A DNA stretch of 64,000 nt from Lama guanicoe (GCA_013239625.1 MU053934.1:6838399-6902398); one strand, 5' to 3'; shown: positions 49,119 through 62,593, numbered from the stretch's first letter. The notes: a model not told the origin generated them from the sequence alone. Program-made: numbers and translations.

Positions 49119-50099
49119 CTTTCAGTTCCATATGGCCCTCCCTGACTAAGCCACTCCAGCTGACCCTAACTCACTCTCCTTGAGCTGCCCTGGCCTGGAG
49201 CTACCTTCTTAGACCGAATTTTCTTGTTTGTGTGTCTGTACACAAGTTACTTCTCCTCTCCATCCCCTATCAAACTTGCCCCAGATTTTGACTGCAGCCG
49301 CAACTATTCTTTTTATCAATAAGACTTTCCACAATTCCTAGCAGACTGTAAGCTGTTTAAATCCTCCAGATACCCCCTTTTCGGTCCATTTCTCTCAATA
49401 AAGTGCTTATCTTAGGAAATCTGGGTAGAATCTGAGTTTGATCTTTATACCAACTAATTAGTATACACAGGCTCACCCTACTAAATGGTTACAGCTAGGG
49501 TGAGCTGCTGGCCGACTTCAGGCTTCCATGCAAAGGAGGCTCAGGGAAGGAGGAGCTGAGCCACACTGTAGGCAGAATACTATTCTCTGTCATCTCCCAC
49601 TGGACACTCACTGCTGTGTCCTGTTAGTCGGGTGGCCTTAGAACCCATGGAGGCCACTAGCCATCTTCTATTTGGAACAGGAGGAAATTGGGGCCCTGGA
49701 AGTTTACAGGACTTTCTCAAACCCACAGCAAGTATGTGATACAAGGAAGACTCTGGAATCATGCATCCACTTCTCTTTCCAATCTCCCAGGATCTGCACT
49801 TAAGTCTTAGAAGGACTTCCCACCACTGGTCTTGTAAGACAGCAGCCACTACATACGGTGATTGTAACAGCGAAGAGCCCCTCCTCCAGCGAGCTGGGTC
49901 CTAGAAAATGTGCCAGCCACACTGCCATAGGGGGCCACAGCCAAAGGGATGTGGGATCTTATTGTCCCGGGAGTGGGCAGTGGAAACTGAGACGAAGATT
50001 ACCAGCTCTGCCTCAGCAGCCAGCATTCGTCAGTTCCTGCCTTTTAGGTCATCTAAACTTGCAAGTGAACTGCGCAATCAATCCCCTCTCCGTCAAAGC

Positions 50100-50800
50100 C
50101 ATGATTTCCTCAGCAGGTGGATGCAGAACGCTCGGAGACCTATAATGATCAGCGCTTTGCAACAAGCACTTTTTCTTCCTACTCATTATTGCGGTGCTTT
50201 AAGCAGAGAAGGCAGTAACCGCTCCCGCACGGTTACAAAGAGACACTTGGAAACATGCTGCGGGAGGCCGCTCTGTCACCAGCAAAGACAATGGAATACA
50301 TTTTAAAGTCTTTTCCCCGTGTTCTGCCAAGCAAAAGCATCGGACCCCTTCCGGGAATTCACTTTACAAGGAAAGAAAATGAGGCCCCGCATCCCGGGCC
50401 CCCGGAGCCGGCCGGGCCCACATGCACCCCCTCGGCTCAGCCCCCGCCAGAGGTCGGTCGCCCCCGCCCGAGGTCGCAGAGGCGGGGCCGCCAGTGCGGG
50501 CTCCCAGCAGATGCGTAGCTGGGACACACTCACAAAACGCAGTCGTTCTCTGCAATGGCTCATGTATGTCCCTTTCGGTTTTGAAGCCGCCTCTGTTTTT
50601 CCCATTGAACCGCCCTGCGCAGAGGACGACTGTGATTACAAAGTCCCGGGGCGCTGTTTAGCTCCTCTGTCCTCACTGGCCAGACGCTTAAGGTTCCACA
50701 CACGTTCGGGACCTGGCGCTGCGGCGACCCCAGCTAATGCTTGAGGGATGGAGCCAGACGCTGTCGCCGGCATGAAGTTCCCGCGGGAACACCCATTTCT
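50100..50800. promoter_or_regulatory. CpG island (orphan promoter/enhancer-like)
   Basis: By eye the highest CpG density in the window, in repeat-free sequence; GC box ggcggggc at ~50481; E2F-like palindrome gttcccgcgggaac at 50777-50790. Confidence 0.75.
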
Positions 50801-51339
50801 CATGCTTTAAAAATTCCTCTTGAAAAAAAAATTAAAAAGTCACCAAAGATTCCAGGCAGCAGGAACTTCAGAGATGGAGAGCTTGAAATTACTTGCTCTG
50901 AAGGTGGTGCTACACCAGCAGAGTCATCCTGACCATTAATCTGCACACTTGCTGGGTCAGGGACCAGTGCTGGTCCTAGTGCTGGCTACCGTGGTGTGTA
51001 ACAATTTGGCCATTTTGGTCCACTTTCTAATCCGAATCATTGAAAGGTCTGAATTAGACAGTGTGATAAAATAGAAGCATTTCAAATTATCTCTTTACCA
51101 TCTTACTTATAAACTATTCATGCATATTGTAAAGAAAGGGTTTATTAAGATGAATTTGGGGCAGACCCTTACCAGTCATAATTGAATGAAATAATGTTTT
51201 GACTTTTGCTATAAATACAATTAAGGACCAAAGTAAAATCATTTCAACTTCTGTCACTACCCATGATGAATGAAGATGCAGTGTGTATCAGCAAACAAGA
51301 CACTCAAGTAAAGAAAGCTTTTCTTTCATTAACTATTCT

Positions 51340-51390
51340 TATAAAACAGTGTAATGAAATCAACTATACTTCAATAATAAATAAATAACT
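51340..51390 (+). mobile_element. Very short L1 3' terminus
   Basis: aaatcaactatacttcaataataaataaataa. Confidence 0.6.
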
Positions 51391-54300
51391 AAAAATATAA
51401 AAGATCTGTGAAAAACACAACCAAATGATCAATTAAAAAATCAATATTTGGCTATTTAGAAGCCACAGTGTCCTTCCATATCCAGGATATAATGTTCCTA
51501 ATACCAGAAAAATCATTTTAACTACAATCTTTGACCATCTCTTATTAAAGAGACTAGGACTTTCTAAGAATGTTTAGATCTGGGCCTAACTTGTGTTATT
51601 CAGAGTTCTGCTGAAAGGTTCACTAAGGCAAAAATCTATCCTGAATTAAGACCAAAACTCTTACCAAGACTGAGCTTGAGCTCCCCCGACGAGTTACAAA
51701 ATATTTATGAAACACCTTTAAGGGAAAATCATTAAGTCCACTGAATCATACATCACAGACAGTCCATATGGGGCAATGGTTTGTGTTTTTTATTGTAAAA
51801 AATATTCACACACACACAAAACATTTTCCAGAATCCTTCGGCCTAATAATTGTGTGGTTACAGAAAATGTGGGCCAAGCTGCATAAAACTGTTACCTTTG
51901 AAAGACATTTTGGGTAAAGATTGTGGGATCATCCATCCCTCAATATCCAACTGTTTCCATAGTGTGTTTTTGGTCCTTTTATTTTCTATTTGCAAAGTTC
52001 TTCAGTCAACACACATTCTATGGGCAAAAGAACCAGAGCCCTGAGGCTATGCACTGAGCCAGTGATGAAACTGGTGGTGAACACCCTTCCGCCAAGAAGC
52101 CACAGCCCTGGAGGACTCCACGCTCTCCCACTTAACTGTCTGTGGGACTGAGTGTTGTAGATGTACATACATGGAGCTGAACAATTCAGTGCCTAAACGC
52201 AAACTTGTTTTATAAAGCTGCCTAAGGTTCCAATAAGTTTTTAAAATCTGATTTGATGTTTAATATAAAACATTGAATATCAACCCTATAACGAGGTTTT
52301 AATGGAAAATATAATCCAGAATCCAGAACACAGGTTTGCAGGTAAATAAATGACATACCGTGTTGGTTGACAAATGTTGCCCATGAGTTAGATCCATATT
52401 ACAAGACCCGGCATGCGATTCACTTATTCGCTGACCTTTCACGCTATTTCTATTTCCTTGCATTTTAGGGTTTGGACCAGCATTCATTAAAGAAAGATTA
52501 TCATAAAATAGTAAGGCTAATAATAATTACATATATGGATATAACGTTTTTATAAGCCTATAATTTTAGAAAAAATACTGCTAACCTAATATTTAAAATT
52601 GAGAATATATAATAATATCTCATAGAACTACTACTTCATGAAATACAATTTGAGAAATGATGTTTTCATATAAATCTAATGAGTTTTAAGAGTATGAAAA
52701 TTTTTTCCTTTTCTTTAGAAGTTTAAAAAGATCAAATCAAATCAAATCAAGAATGGTCTAGAAGAAAAATCTACAGGCTGAAGTCAGGAGGTCCTGGGCA
52801 AATCATTTCAATTCTCCAGACCTTAATCTCCCCAAGAGATTCAGGTCCACGGTTCAGCTCACACCAGGACCCATGACCTAGCCTTACACCCACCGCCAAC
52901 AAGCTTTCTGTCCAAGCCCCAAGTCTCACTTGTGAAAGCTCTTCCGTTACTTGCTCTTTCAGTTCAGTGTCAGCCTCGTGCTATAAGCCTCCTCCACAGC
53001 CACAAGGCTGCTCCACATGGGCTCACTACATTTTTACTAAATGAATCAACGACTCTAGAAAACACATACAAATTACCATGACATGGTGGTGGTGTGAGGA
53101 AAAAGGAATTGGCATCTCGCTATAAAGCACTGGCATTAAAGAGGACATTTATCAGGCTTGCAAATTAATTTGGCTTTCCTATCTTTGATCTACCCATTAA
53201 TATATTTTGTAATGCTCTATTGGGGGCTGCCTTGCAGAGTTTGCTAGGAGCAAAGAGAGGAACAGTGGGAGGTGAAAACCCCATCCTGCTATCTACGTGC
53301 CTCTACTGACACCAAAGGTTTATCGTGATACTGACACTTGGAGCCCGGTCTCGCCTGCCGCAAGGATGATCAAGTATACATCTGCTCTGGCTGTGCACGA
53401 AAGGCAAGTGACAAACTGTCTTTACTGGGAAACGAGGTATTCTGACTAGTGACCAAGTTCTAAATAAAAGGTGATTCCTCACTGTTCTGGATCTGTGTCT
53501 AATTTTGCAGGTATGTGTTAGAACACACCAGCAGCCACAAAATCCCCACCTTGCTTTCTCAAAAGCTGTAAAAGAGAAAAGGAATTAATTTTGCTGGAAG
53601 TAGAGCCACAAACCCCCCGTGGGGACAGCAGTAGGGGACCAGGACGATCTGTTTAGGATCAAACAAATGGCTTCAACCTTTCCTTCTACAAGTAGAACCA
53701 CCACTGTGGGGTGGGGGTGGTGGGCGGGGGAAAGGCTGGCCCAGGGCATCCTAGGAGGGGCATTTAAGCAGGATTCAGCCACCAGCAATTGACTAACACA
53801 AGGAAGCGCGTCTCAAGCGTCGAGTTCTCTGGCTGGGAACTTGTGTCCCAGGCCAGCCCTTCCTCACACAGCTGAAAGGCTGCAGCCTGCCCAGCCTGGT
53901 GTTTTCCTGCAGCTCCAGCCCTGGCCGGGCATGGTGCTCACTTAGGCTCCCAGTTCAGTGGACAGAGCTGTTCTGAGTTGCTTCCACAACACTTTCCAGA
54001 AGCCTCTCCATACAGTCAGTCACAGAAAGTTCTCCAGCCAGAAGTAGCTCCTACAGATGGAAATCCAGAGGCTGATGGGGCCTGAGGACACCACACACTG
54101 AAGCTTGCAGGCAGGTCTGAGGAAGAAGTCACCCTAGCACGTGGGCTTTGATGTCTCTGATCAGGGAGGGGTGGGGAGGGGGGACTAGTTCACAGTGAGG
54201 GAGCTGTCACTTCTGGGCTCACAGCGTGGTGGACACGCATGGGCTCCGCCACCCTCCACTGCAGTGGCTGAAGGTGGGTGCCTGCACACACAGGCCAGAA

Positions 54301-54519
54301 GTCAGAGTAGCCCCCCAACACTACCCTGGGTATGCACTGAATTCAGTAGCTGGGTTACCCATCGAACTCTTGGGAGTTGCCTTCTGAGCTCAGGATGCCT
54401 ATTTTGAATTCTTTATCTTTTCTTTAATTTAGACCCCAAAAATGTGTACTTTCTTTTAAGTGTACCGTTTGATGAGCTTTGATAAATACACTTATGAAAC
54501 TGGACACTCTTTTTATTGT

Positions 54520-54770
54520 CCTCAATACTGATGAGTTTTCATCTTTGGGAGGTGAATTTAATTTCTGAAAATATGCAGAAGTCATCATAACCCAGCCTGA
54601 TTAATAAGGATACTGATCAAAATAAATAATATCATTTAGGACCCAGAACAAAACTCAAAGATGGCCACAAAGTAATTAATTTGTTGCACAGCTCTGACTA
54701 CCTCCTAGGGTTCTTTTTAAGAGAAATTCCAAAAGTATTTCTTGATCAGTGATATGATCAATTAAATATT
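54520..54770. mobile_element. MARNA-like mariner relic
   Basis: tcatctttgggaggtgaatttaatttctgaaaa...aagtcatc...taataagg...aattccaaaagtattt resemble the recalled MARNA consensus. Confidence 0.55.
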
Positions 54771-55149
54771 CTAAAAATCACTGATGAGGGTATAAAGCAC
54801 GTTGTCTGTTTCATTGGGGAAAAGTATTTTGTTGTTGTACTTCATATTTTATACATATTTCTACCTAAATTTAAAACAGTCTTCCAGGAACCGAATCTTT
54901 TGAGTCAGATCTTCACTGACATCTAAATCCTAGAGTTACAATGTTGGCATAGTGCAGTCCTCTGTGCTGCTGAAGTTTTCAGAGCTGAGGCCCACCTGTG
55001 TTGAGCACGCCCTTCACACCTCGTGCTATAACACAATATTCAATTACCTTTCAAGTTGAAATACAAATCCCTCTACAGGATATTTTGGCCCAGTATCATA
55101 CTATTAGTGATGGTGGCCCTATTGTATATTTACATGTACATGAGCCACA

Positions 55150-55330
55150 GGACAATGTAAGCCTTTATGTGAATTAACCTGTTCAGCACAACTTATCCCC
55201 ATTCTCCGATGAAGGAACTGAGGCTCAGAGAGGTGAAGTAACCATCCAGAGTCACACAGCAGGCACTTGCTGGACCAATGTTCAAACCTGGGCCATCAGG
55301 TTCCTGAGCCTGAGCTCATATCCTTTGCTG
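55150..55330 (-). mobile_element. MIR
   Basis: ccccattctccgatgaaggaactgaggctcagagaggtgaagtaaccatccagagtcacacagc. Confidence 0.85.
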
Positions 55331-55476
55331 CAACTCCTTACCAAGTAGCTCTCGAGAAAGTTACATCTTTTAAAGTGGGGAGTCAGAGGCAGGAAGAGCC
55401 AACAGCAACTCTCTTGGGTGCCAAGGTGGCAGGCAGTCAGCAGCACACAGCAGACACGTTCGGGGCTGTCCTGAGT

Positions 55477-55616
55477 CAGAGGCTCCTAATCTTGTGTGGG
55501 TCATGGGGTCTCTAAGACTGCAGTGAGGGCTCTGAACACTCTACACAAACATGCACATGGGTACATGCACACAAAACTTCACACAATCCATGGGGCCATC
55601 CAAGGTGCATGGAATC
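55477..55616 (+). mobile_element. MER117-like hAT MITE fragment
   Basis: tgggtcatggggtctc...aaacatgcacatgggtacatgcacacaaaactt. Confidence 0.5.
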
Positions 55617-55992
55617 TCAGTGTTCATAGCCACACTGTTTACAATAGCCAAGACACGGAAGCAACCTAAATGTCCACCCACAGATGATTGGATAAACAAG
55701 CTGTGGTATATTTATACAATGGAATACTACTCAGCCATAAAAAAGAATGAAATAATACCATTTGCAGCAACATGAATGGACCTAGAGATCGTCATTTTAA
55801 GTGAAGTAAGTCAGAAAGAGAGAGAAAATCCCATATGATATCCCTTATATGTGGAATCTAAAATATGATGCAAATGAACTTATTTACAAAACAAAAACAG
55901 ACACACAGATATAGAAAACAAACTTATGGTTACCAAGGGGAAAGAGGATGGGAAGGGATAAATTAGGAGTTTGAGATTTGTACATGTTAACT
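55617..55992 (+). mobile_element. Young camelid/artiodactyl-type L1 ORF2 C-terminus and 3' UTR fragment
   Basis: FIATLFTIAKTRKQPKCPPTDDWINKLWYIYTMEYYSAIKKNEIIPFAAT is the L1 ORF2 end; UTR aaacttatggttaccaagggg...gggataaattaggagtttgagatt. Confidence 0.95.
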
Positions 55993-56427
55993 AGCCTGCC
56001 CTTTATTAGCAGGGTGACCTTGAAGAAGACCCCATAAGAGGGTGATGCAGTTTTGCTGGCCTGTCTCAAAGGGATGCTGTGATCCAATGAGAACATTCAT
56101 TCAGTAAATATTTGGTAAATCACGCATGTGGAAATGTTGTGGAAATTGTAAAGTGCCTACCATTGAAAGATACTGTTACTTTTCAGCAGAAGGCAATGAA
56201 CATTTTGTTCTGTTGGTATCCACAATCTCGAATACCCTCTGAGCTGTCAGCGGAGGGGGGAATAGCTATGAACAAAGTCCTGTGCCGGACTTCAGGTGCG
56301 TACTTGCCAGTTTTTAAGAGAAGGAAGGAACCAGTATTTCATGAATGCCTGCTGTGTTTTTCCACGATCCTTTCTGTCTGTTTTGATCCCTGCTGTATCC
56401 CCAGCACTTTGAAACGTACCTGGCACT

Positions 56428-56606
56428 TTTCTTTCCCATCGTATCTAAGATGACTTCAATTATAAAATGAACCATTATTTTATGTACCACTAGAAAAAAA
56501 CTCTGAGGATTAAACTCTTGATATCTAACAACAGTAAAATTCATCCCAATTTAAGAGATGCTAAAATGTGAAAAAAAATGGGCATTTTACAATCAATGAA
56601 ATACAG
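56428..56606 (-). mobile_element. MER104 (TcMar-Tc2 MITE)
   Basis: accattattttatgtaccacta...agagatgctaaaatgtgaaaaaa...caatcaatgaaatacag. Confidence 0.75.
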
Positions 56607-56899
56607 ACTCTCAATAAATAGTTTGAGTAAATTCACACTTTCATATAAATTTCACTTTATCTTATGTTCCTGTCTAGCTAAAACTAAGCTACCTAAAGAT
56701 AGAGCATATGTCCCATGCTTCCTGTATGCCGGCACAAAGCCACGTGTAGAAAGCATTCAAAATATTTACCTTTGGTGATGCCAACAGTAGATATTTTGAA
56801 AATCTAAATTAAGGAGAAGAAAAAGTTATTCCAGAAAGTGGATAGCCATCTCTGTTATTTGGACAGTTATAAGAAAAAGAGGAATAAGAGGTAAGGAGC

Positions 56900-57077
56900 T
56901 AGTATTTGGTGGTGGGGACAAAGTTTCCATTTGGAAAGATGAAAAAGTCCCAGAGATGGATGGTGGTGATGGTTGCACAACAATGTGAATGTACTTAATG
57001 CCACAAAACTGTACACTTAAAATGGTTAAGAATGGTAAACTTTATGAAATGTGTATTTTTCCATTATTAAAAAAAAC
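56900..57077 (+). mobile_element. L1MB 3' terminus
   Basis: gatgaaaaagtcccagagatggatggtggtgatggttgcacaacaatgtgaatgtacttaatgccac. Confidence 0.9.
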
Positions 57078-57089
57078 TACAAGCAAAGG

Positions 57090-57590
57090 TATTTGATGGG
57101 TAAATAATGTCTTATCAACTTTGTGTCTCTAGAATCAGACATTAAAGAGATTTATAAAAATGTAAAAAAATGGGGTTTTTTTGGTTTTGGAAATAGTTAT
57201 TTTTCATAAAAACATGCTATTCATGACATAAACAACAAGTTTCTACTGTATAGCACTGGGAACTATATTCAGTATCTTGTAGTAACCTATAATGAAAAAG
57301 AATATGAAAAGGAATATATATGTATGGCTGAAACATTATGCTGTATACCAGAAACTAACGCAACATTGTAAACTAACTATACTTCAATTTAAAAAAGAAT
57401 GAAAAAAATGCTATTTATGTGAACATTTAATGGTGGGCTTATTACTGTTTTTTTCGAATGCATTAGTACCTATTTTTTCAATTTCTTGGCTTTATTATAG
57501 ACAGATGTAATCCACATAAACCAAAGCTCTTTGGGGTCCTCAATTTTTACGAGTGTGAAGGAGTCCTGAGACCAAAATGCTCGGGCACTG
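57090..57590 (-). mobile_element. Charlie1-family hAT end, interrupted by L1
   Basis: aaagctctttggggtcctcaatttttacgagtgtgaaggagtcctgagaccaaaa is the antisense Charlie1 terminus. Confidence 0.75.
57226..57401 (+). mobile_element. 5'-truncated young L1 3' end with TSD
   Basis: ataaacaacaagtttctactgtatagcactgggaactatattcagtatcttgta...aactatacttcaat plus A tail; TSD aaaaacatgctattcatg / aaaaaaatgctatttatg. Confidence 0.9.
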
Positions 57591-58164
57591 CTGGTTTAGT
57601 GGAAGTGACAACAAGGAAAAAGATAAATTAGTAATCAGGAAATGTCTAGTGCCGAGAGCAGATGTTGATGGGAAGGGAAGGCCTCTCCAAGGAGAGGAAG
57701 CAGCCACCTGCCCAGCACGGAGGCCGGCAGTTCTTTACACGCCTGATTAAAGAAACAAAACACCTCAACATGCAGCTCCCGTGAAACTGCATGGCGGTAG
57801 GCCTAGAGAGGACCAGCGCAAGAGGAGGGCCAGGATGGGCGGGGGGGGTGTGCGCTGGAAGGGGTGGTGATGAACTGGGGGCCGCTGGGACTCTGGTGCA
57901 GGAGCTCCGTTACAGACAGCGCCTGGCCTGGGTGGGAGGGGCAGAGACGCGCAGCTGCGGGGCCCCTCGGATCTTTAAAGACTCACCTGGGAGCCAAGTC
58001 CTCCAGGGAGGGACGCTGCCTGGGCTCCCAGGCACACCTGCAGGAAGGGGATTACTCTGAATTGTCAGGGTTGGCTGCCCTGCTCCCCCGCTGGATGGTG
58101 AGCTTCTCTGTGCTCACCTCTGTTCGTCCACCACCTGGAGCGGTGCCCAGCACAGGGTAGGAAC

Positions 58165-58390
58165 AGCAGTAAGAGCAATGCTAGCAACTTGGTGTGCCCG
58201 GCACGGTTCTACACATACGTTAATTTATTTAATCCTCACAACAAATATACGAAGGAAATATGACTAATGTGCCCACTTTACAGACGAGGGACAGCATGGT
58301 GAGGGCTGGTCTGAGGGCACATCACATCCCTGGTAGTAGCAGAGGCAGGATTCAGCCTGGGCTGTCTGGCTTGGGTCTGCTTCCCCATAG
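58165..58390 (-). mobile_element. MIR
   Basis: atttaatcctcacaacaa...cccactttacagacgagggac. Confidence 0.75.
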
Positions 58391-58589
58391 CAGCAGATCA
58401 TTAATAATTATTTGCTGTGGGAATGAACGTGTTAATGAACACCGCAGAGCATTTTAAAGTCCATAGATTCAGCAAAATGATACAACATCAGCATTCATGA
58501 TTCTTTGGGGCAAAGATCTATCTCCATCTGCTGGACATCTTCACCCAGCTCTCAGTCTGAATCAGAGCAACCCAGTCAGTATCAGTCCA

Positions 58590-59050
58590 GGAAATGGATA
58601 TTTACTGAGCGCCCATCTGTGCCAGGCACCGAGCTGGGCCCTGAGGATGCAGCCGTGAAGGAAGCTTCCATGCCAGCAGGGACACAGACAGTAAACTCAG
58701 GAGCAAACAGGAAAGGCCCTTGCATGCTGTAAATGCTGGGAGAGGAGACGGATGGGGGAGCTGTTTAGGTGGGATTGTCTGGAGCCCTCAGGGCCCTGGA
58801 GGCCTCGGAGAGAATCTGGACTTAATTCTGAGTGGTTGGGACGCTGGTGAAGGATTTGGGAGTGAAGGCACAGGCTGGTCTCACTCACATTTTAGAAGGA
58901 GTATCTTATTTGCTCAGGGGACAATCTCCCTAGTGCACGGGCGAGACTGTGGCTTGGATTAGAATGGGCGGTGGTGGGTGGAGGAAGAAATGGACCGGCT
59001 CTGGATTTATTCTGAAGATAAAGCCAGTGGGATTCGCTGATGAACTAGAA
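58590..59050 (-). mobile_element. L2 3' region
   Basis: atatttactgagcgcccatctgtgccaggcac...tctggatttattctgaagataaagccagtgggattcgctgatgaact. Confidence 0.75.
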
Positions 59051-59339
59051 CATCTTTTTTTTTTTAATTTTTAATTCCTGCTAGTATTTTATCTACCGTG
59101 CCAGGTCCTGCTGATTCTACTTCATCTGCATCACTCAAGTCAAGCCTTATTTTTCTGCCAAAATGGAAGTGGCCAAGGCGGCCCCTTGTGGCCTCTCACC
59201 CTGGTGGCTGCGCTGGGCTCCTGCCCTAACTAGGCAGCACCAAGCAAACTGCACAAGCCGACTTGAGGCTGCAATTCCACTGCGAGGGTTCCCACGCCTT
59301 CACTGTGTGGGCTGCAGCCTCACCTGAGAGACTAGATTG

Positions 59340-59690
59340 ATGGCAACAACGTGAATGCTCAACAATAGGTAAATTGTGGGACACCTGGACTCTGAAAAAT
59401 GACAAAACTGTTTAAAAAGAACGAGGTAGATCTCTACGTGCTGACAAGAAAGATGTCTGCAAGACAGATATTTTCAGTAAAAGAGTAAATTGCATAAAAA
59501 TACATATGCTTTCCATTTTTATTTTAAAAAATGTGAGCAAAGAACAGAGAGCTGGGGAGGACAAATCCCAAATTGTGAGCAGTAACTCCCTCTAGGAGGG
59601 GGCAAAGGGCGAGAGGGAGGACCACATATATCTCTGTCCTGTTTTACTTTTTTACAGTTATGAAGTGTTGTTTTAATAATAAAAAATGAC
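59340..59690 (+). mobile_element. L1ME 3' UTR fragment
   Basis: taaaaagaacgaggtagatctctacgtgctgaca...gttttaataataaaaa. Confidence 0.65.
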
Positions 59691-60469
59691 ATCTTTTCCC
59701 CAAAGGCCCTGTCTGGTTCCTGAAGGCACTGGAGGGCCATCTCTGCCCCTTCACACACCCTCCGTCTCTATGCCTTGCTCCCCTCGTCCTGCCAGGCAGT
59801 GCCCTGCCAGGATGTTTCTGGCTCTCAGCTTTTGGCTGGATTCCTCCCTGGACTCCATTAAAGCCTCTTTCTTGTCTGCCAAAGCCCACAACCCACCATC
59901 TGGGGACGGCCCTCCCGCCCGGTTCCTACCCTGCCAGCCTATCCCGGCCCCTAACTGCTCCCCGTGCCCCCTTCTCTAACCCAGCCCCGGCCCCGGCCCT
60001 GGCCCTGTCTGTGTAAAACGCAGATACTCGTTCAATCACCCCTCTGCTGGGAAACTTCCAAGTTTTCTACTGCCTATGAAATAAAATCTGGACTCTCTGG
60101 CATGGTGGCAAAGGCCCTTTGCAGAACTTGGCCCAATTTCCCTGCCCTCTCTGGGCCATTCCCCCGTTTCCTGTTACCCAAGCTCAAGTCACACCTGACA
60201 GGTCCGTGTTCCAAGTGTGCCACACCCTGTGGACTTTGTCTTTATTCCTTTGCTCAAGGAGCCTGGAATCAACTCCCCATCGGTCCTTATCCTCCACTCT
60301 CTTCAACTGACACCTGGCAAACAAACACTAAACTGTTAAAGCTTGTGTAAAATTCCCTTCCTCCTGGAAGCATTCTTGGAAACTGCCTCAGTCCTGCAGA
60401 AGCAGTTAACCTCTGCCTGCTCTGTGTTCCGTAGCATTTCGTACACGCGAGGTCCATCACAGCCCACTC

Positions 60470-60796
60470 CAGGAGTCAACAAACTGTGGCCCGTGGGCCA
60501 AATCTGGCCCACCACCGGTTTTTGTATGGCCTGTGAGCTAAGTATGTTCTTTACATTGTTAAATGGTGAACAGAAATCAAAAGGAGAATATTTCATGACA
60601 CATGAAAATTATATGAAATGTAAATTTCAGCATTCATCAATAAACTTGATGAGAACACAGCCACACTGACCTACCTGGTTAGCCATGGACCTTGACGGCT
60701 TTTCGCGCTACAGTGACAGAGTTGAATCGACCGTATGACCACAAAGCCTAAAATATTTGCTATCTGGCTTTTTAGAGAAAAAGTTTGCCAACGCTG
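60470..60796 (-). mobile_element. MER58B (hAT-Charlie MITE)
   Basis: caggagtcaacaaactgtggcccgtgggccaaatctggccc...aagcctaaaatatttgctatctgg...aaagtttgccaacgctg. Confidence 0.9.
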
Positions 60797-61999
60797 GGCA
60801 ACTCTATTTATGTACTTACATGTCAGTTTTCAGCAAGACAGTAAACCCACAAAAACAAGAATATATTGTAATTCCTTGTTAATACTGTATCCAACACGTG
60901 GCAGAATTTCAGTATTTACTGAGCAAACACCTAGCTGTTCAGTTCACAGCAGTGTGTCCTTGGAAGGGAGAATGTGCTGGGTCCTGATTCACAGAGGAAA
61001 TGTCACCACAAAAGGAAGGTCAATGCCAGGTGCCACTGGGGTAGGGAAGTTAGCATTTTTTTTCATGAAGTGGAGAGAGAATAAAGCATGTCACAATCTC
61101 AATTCCACTCACTATTCTTACTGATTAATGAGGACAAAAATTGAGATACAAATAAACACTTAAAAGTTGCTTTTCATGAAAACTTCCCAGGCTCTATTCC
61201 ACTGATCCTATTACCCTAACACACACTCTTTCAGTCGGAGCTGTCATTATCTAAGACTTTGCTTAAGATACAAAGGGCCTCTCCATTTCCTCTCATCACA
61301 TCTGAAGAGCTGATTAGTTTCCAAAGTCCCCCTTAACTTGGTCCCACCCTACCCCTCCAACCCCAGATAGGAATTCTCTCCAACGAGCAAGCTGGGTGCT
61401 ACGGTCTCCCCAGGCACCCACCTCCTGCCAAGGCCACCTATCAGACTTGATGCATCCTTGAAGACCCACCTCTAATCCACTCCTCTTTCCTTGAAGATTC
61501 TGACTCCTCTGGGTTTCCAGGACATGCTTGAAAAACAAAGCAATTACCTGTGCTAGACCTTTTAGCAGTTGACAGAGTTTGGAAACCTAGTAGCTACAAT
61601 GGAACTGTATATTCTCTGTGAAAGAAAACCTCATCTCATCCTGTTTGTGTATGGGACCCTTAGTGAATGCCTCAAGTTTTATTGAGGTGGGGGGGGTCAA
61701 AAACATGAGTAGCCAAGATCAGACAAGAACCCCAAAACTGTAATGCATGGAGAACGAAAGTAAATTCTATAATGGAAACATACATGGGATGCTAACAGCA
61801 AGTCATTGGAATCGCAAGAGGTTTAGGGAACAGGTACATGTGAAATCCTCACTGAACATTGGAGAGGCTTCTAAGATATAGAAATAGGAGAGATATTGCA
61901 GACTGAAGGTACAAAAGCACAACGTAGTCATCCTTGGTCCTTCCTAAGACTGCTCTAGACCTGGGTGTGGGAGGTGGGGAAAAGCTGGATTAAATATTT

Positions 62000-62150
62000 A
62001 GCAATTATCAAGGGCTTTACATGAATTCATTAATTTTCAACAACCCATGAGGTTATTATCCCATTTTATAGATGCAGACATTGAGGCACAGAGAGGATAA
62101 AAGTAACTTGTCCCAACCACACAGGTTATCAGTGTCAGAACTAGGATTTT
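62000..62150 (-). mobile_element. MIR
   Basis: cccattttatagatgcagacattgaggcacagagagg. Confidence 0.8.
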
Positions 62151-62593
62151 TTAAGATCAAAATTACATTTACTTCTGTAAGTAAACAGTATACATTTTTA
62201 AAATTCTAGATGCTTTAAAAGAATAAGAAACATTTTAAAAAAACAGTGTGATTAAATTATTATAGTTGGCACCAAGGTTTAAACCCAAGCAGCAGGGCAC
62301 AGCATTTGGGTAAAAATCAGTCCACTCCATACATTTTTACGAGGTTAGTCCTAGGAGAGGGATATTAGCTCAGAATTCAAAAAAAAAAAAAAAGAAAACT
62401 CAAGCTCAGATTGATTATTATATCATTTCTTTATATGCTGCATTAGTCATTTTTGAAAAAGCAATTTCCATCTAATATTTGTTTTCTTAAAAATAGCTTG
62501 GGTTTCTAAACCCTCCACTATGTTGTACTCAAATGTCCATCAATAGGGAACATCACCGTGAAAAGGACAGAGGCAGCTCTGCATGGCTGAACG

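Noticed and set aside
50050..50950. Known ncRNA genes (snRNA, TERC, NORAD) at the CpG island
   Set aside because: No match to the sequences as I recall them; an Rfam cmscan would be needed to exclude others.
51172..51406. Possible minus-strand exon (tttttcacag acceptor, ctg|gtaagg donor)
   Set aside because: It contains stops and an L1 tail insertion, and I could not link it to partner exons.
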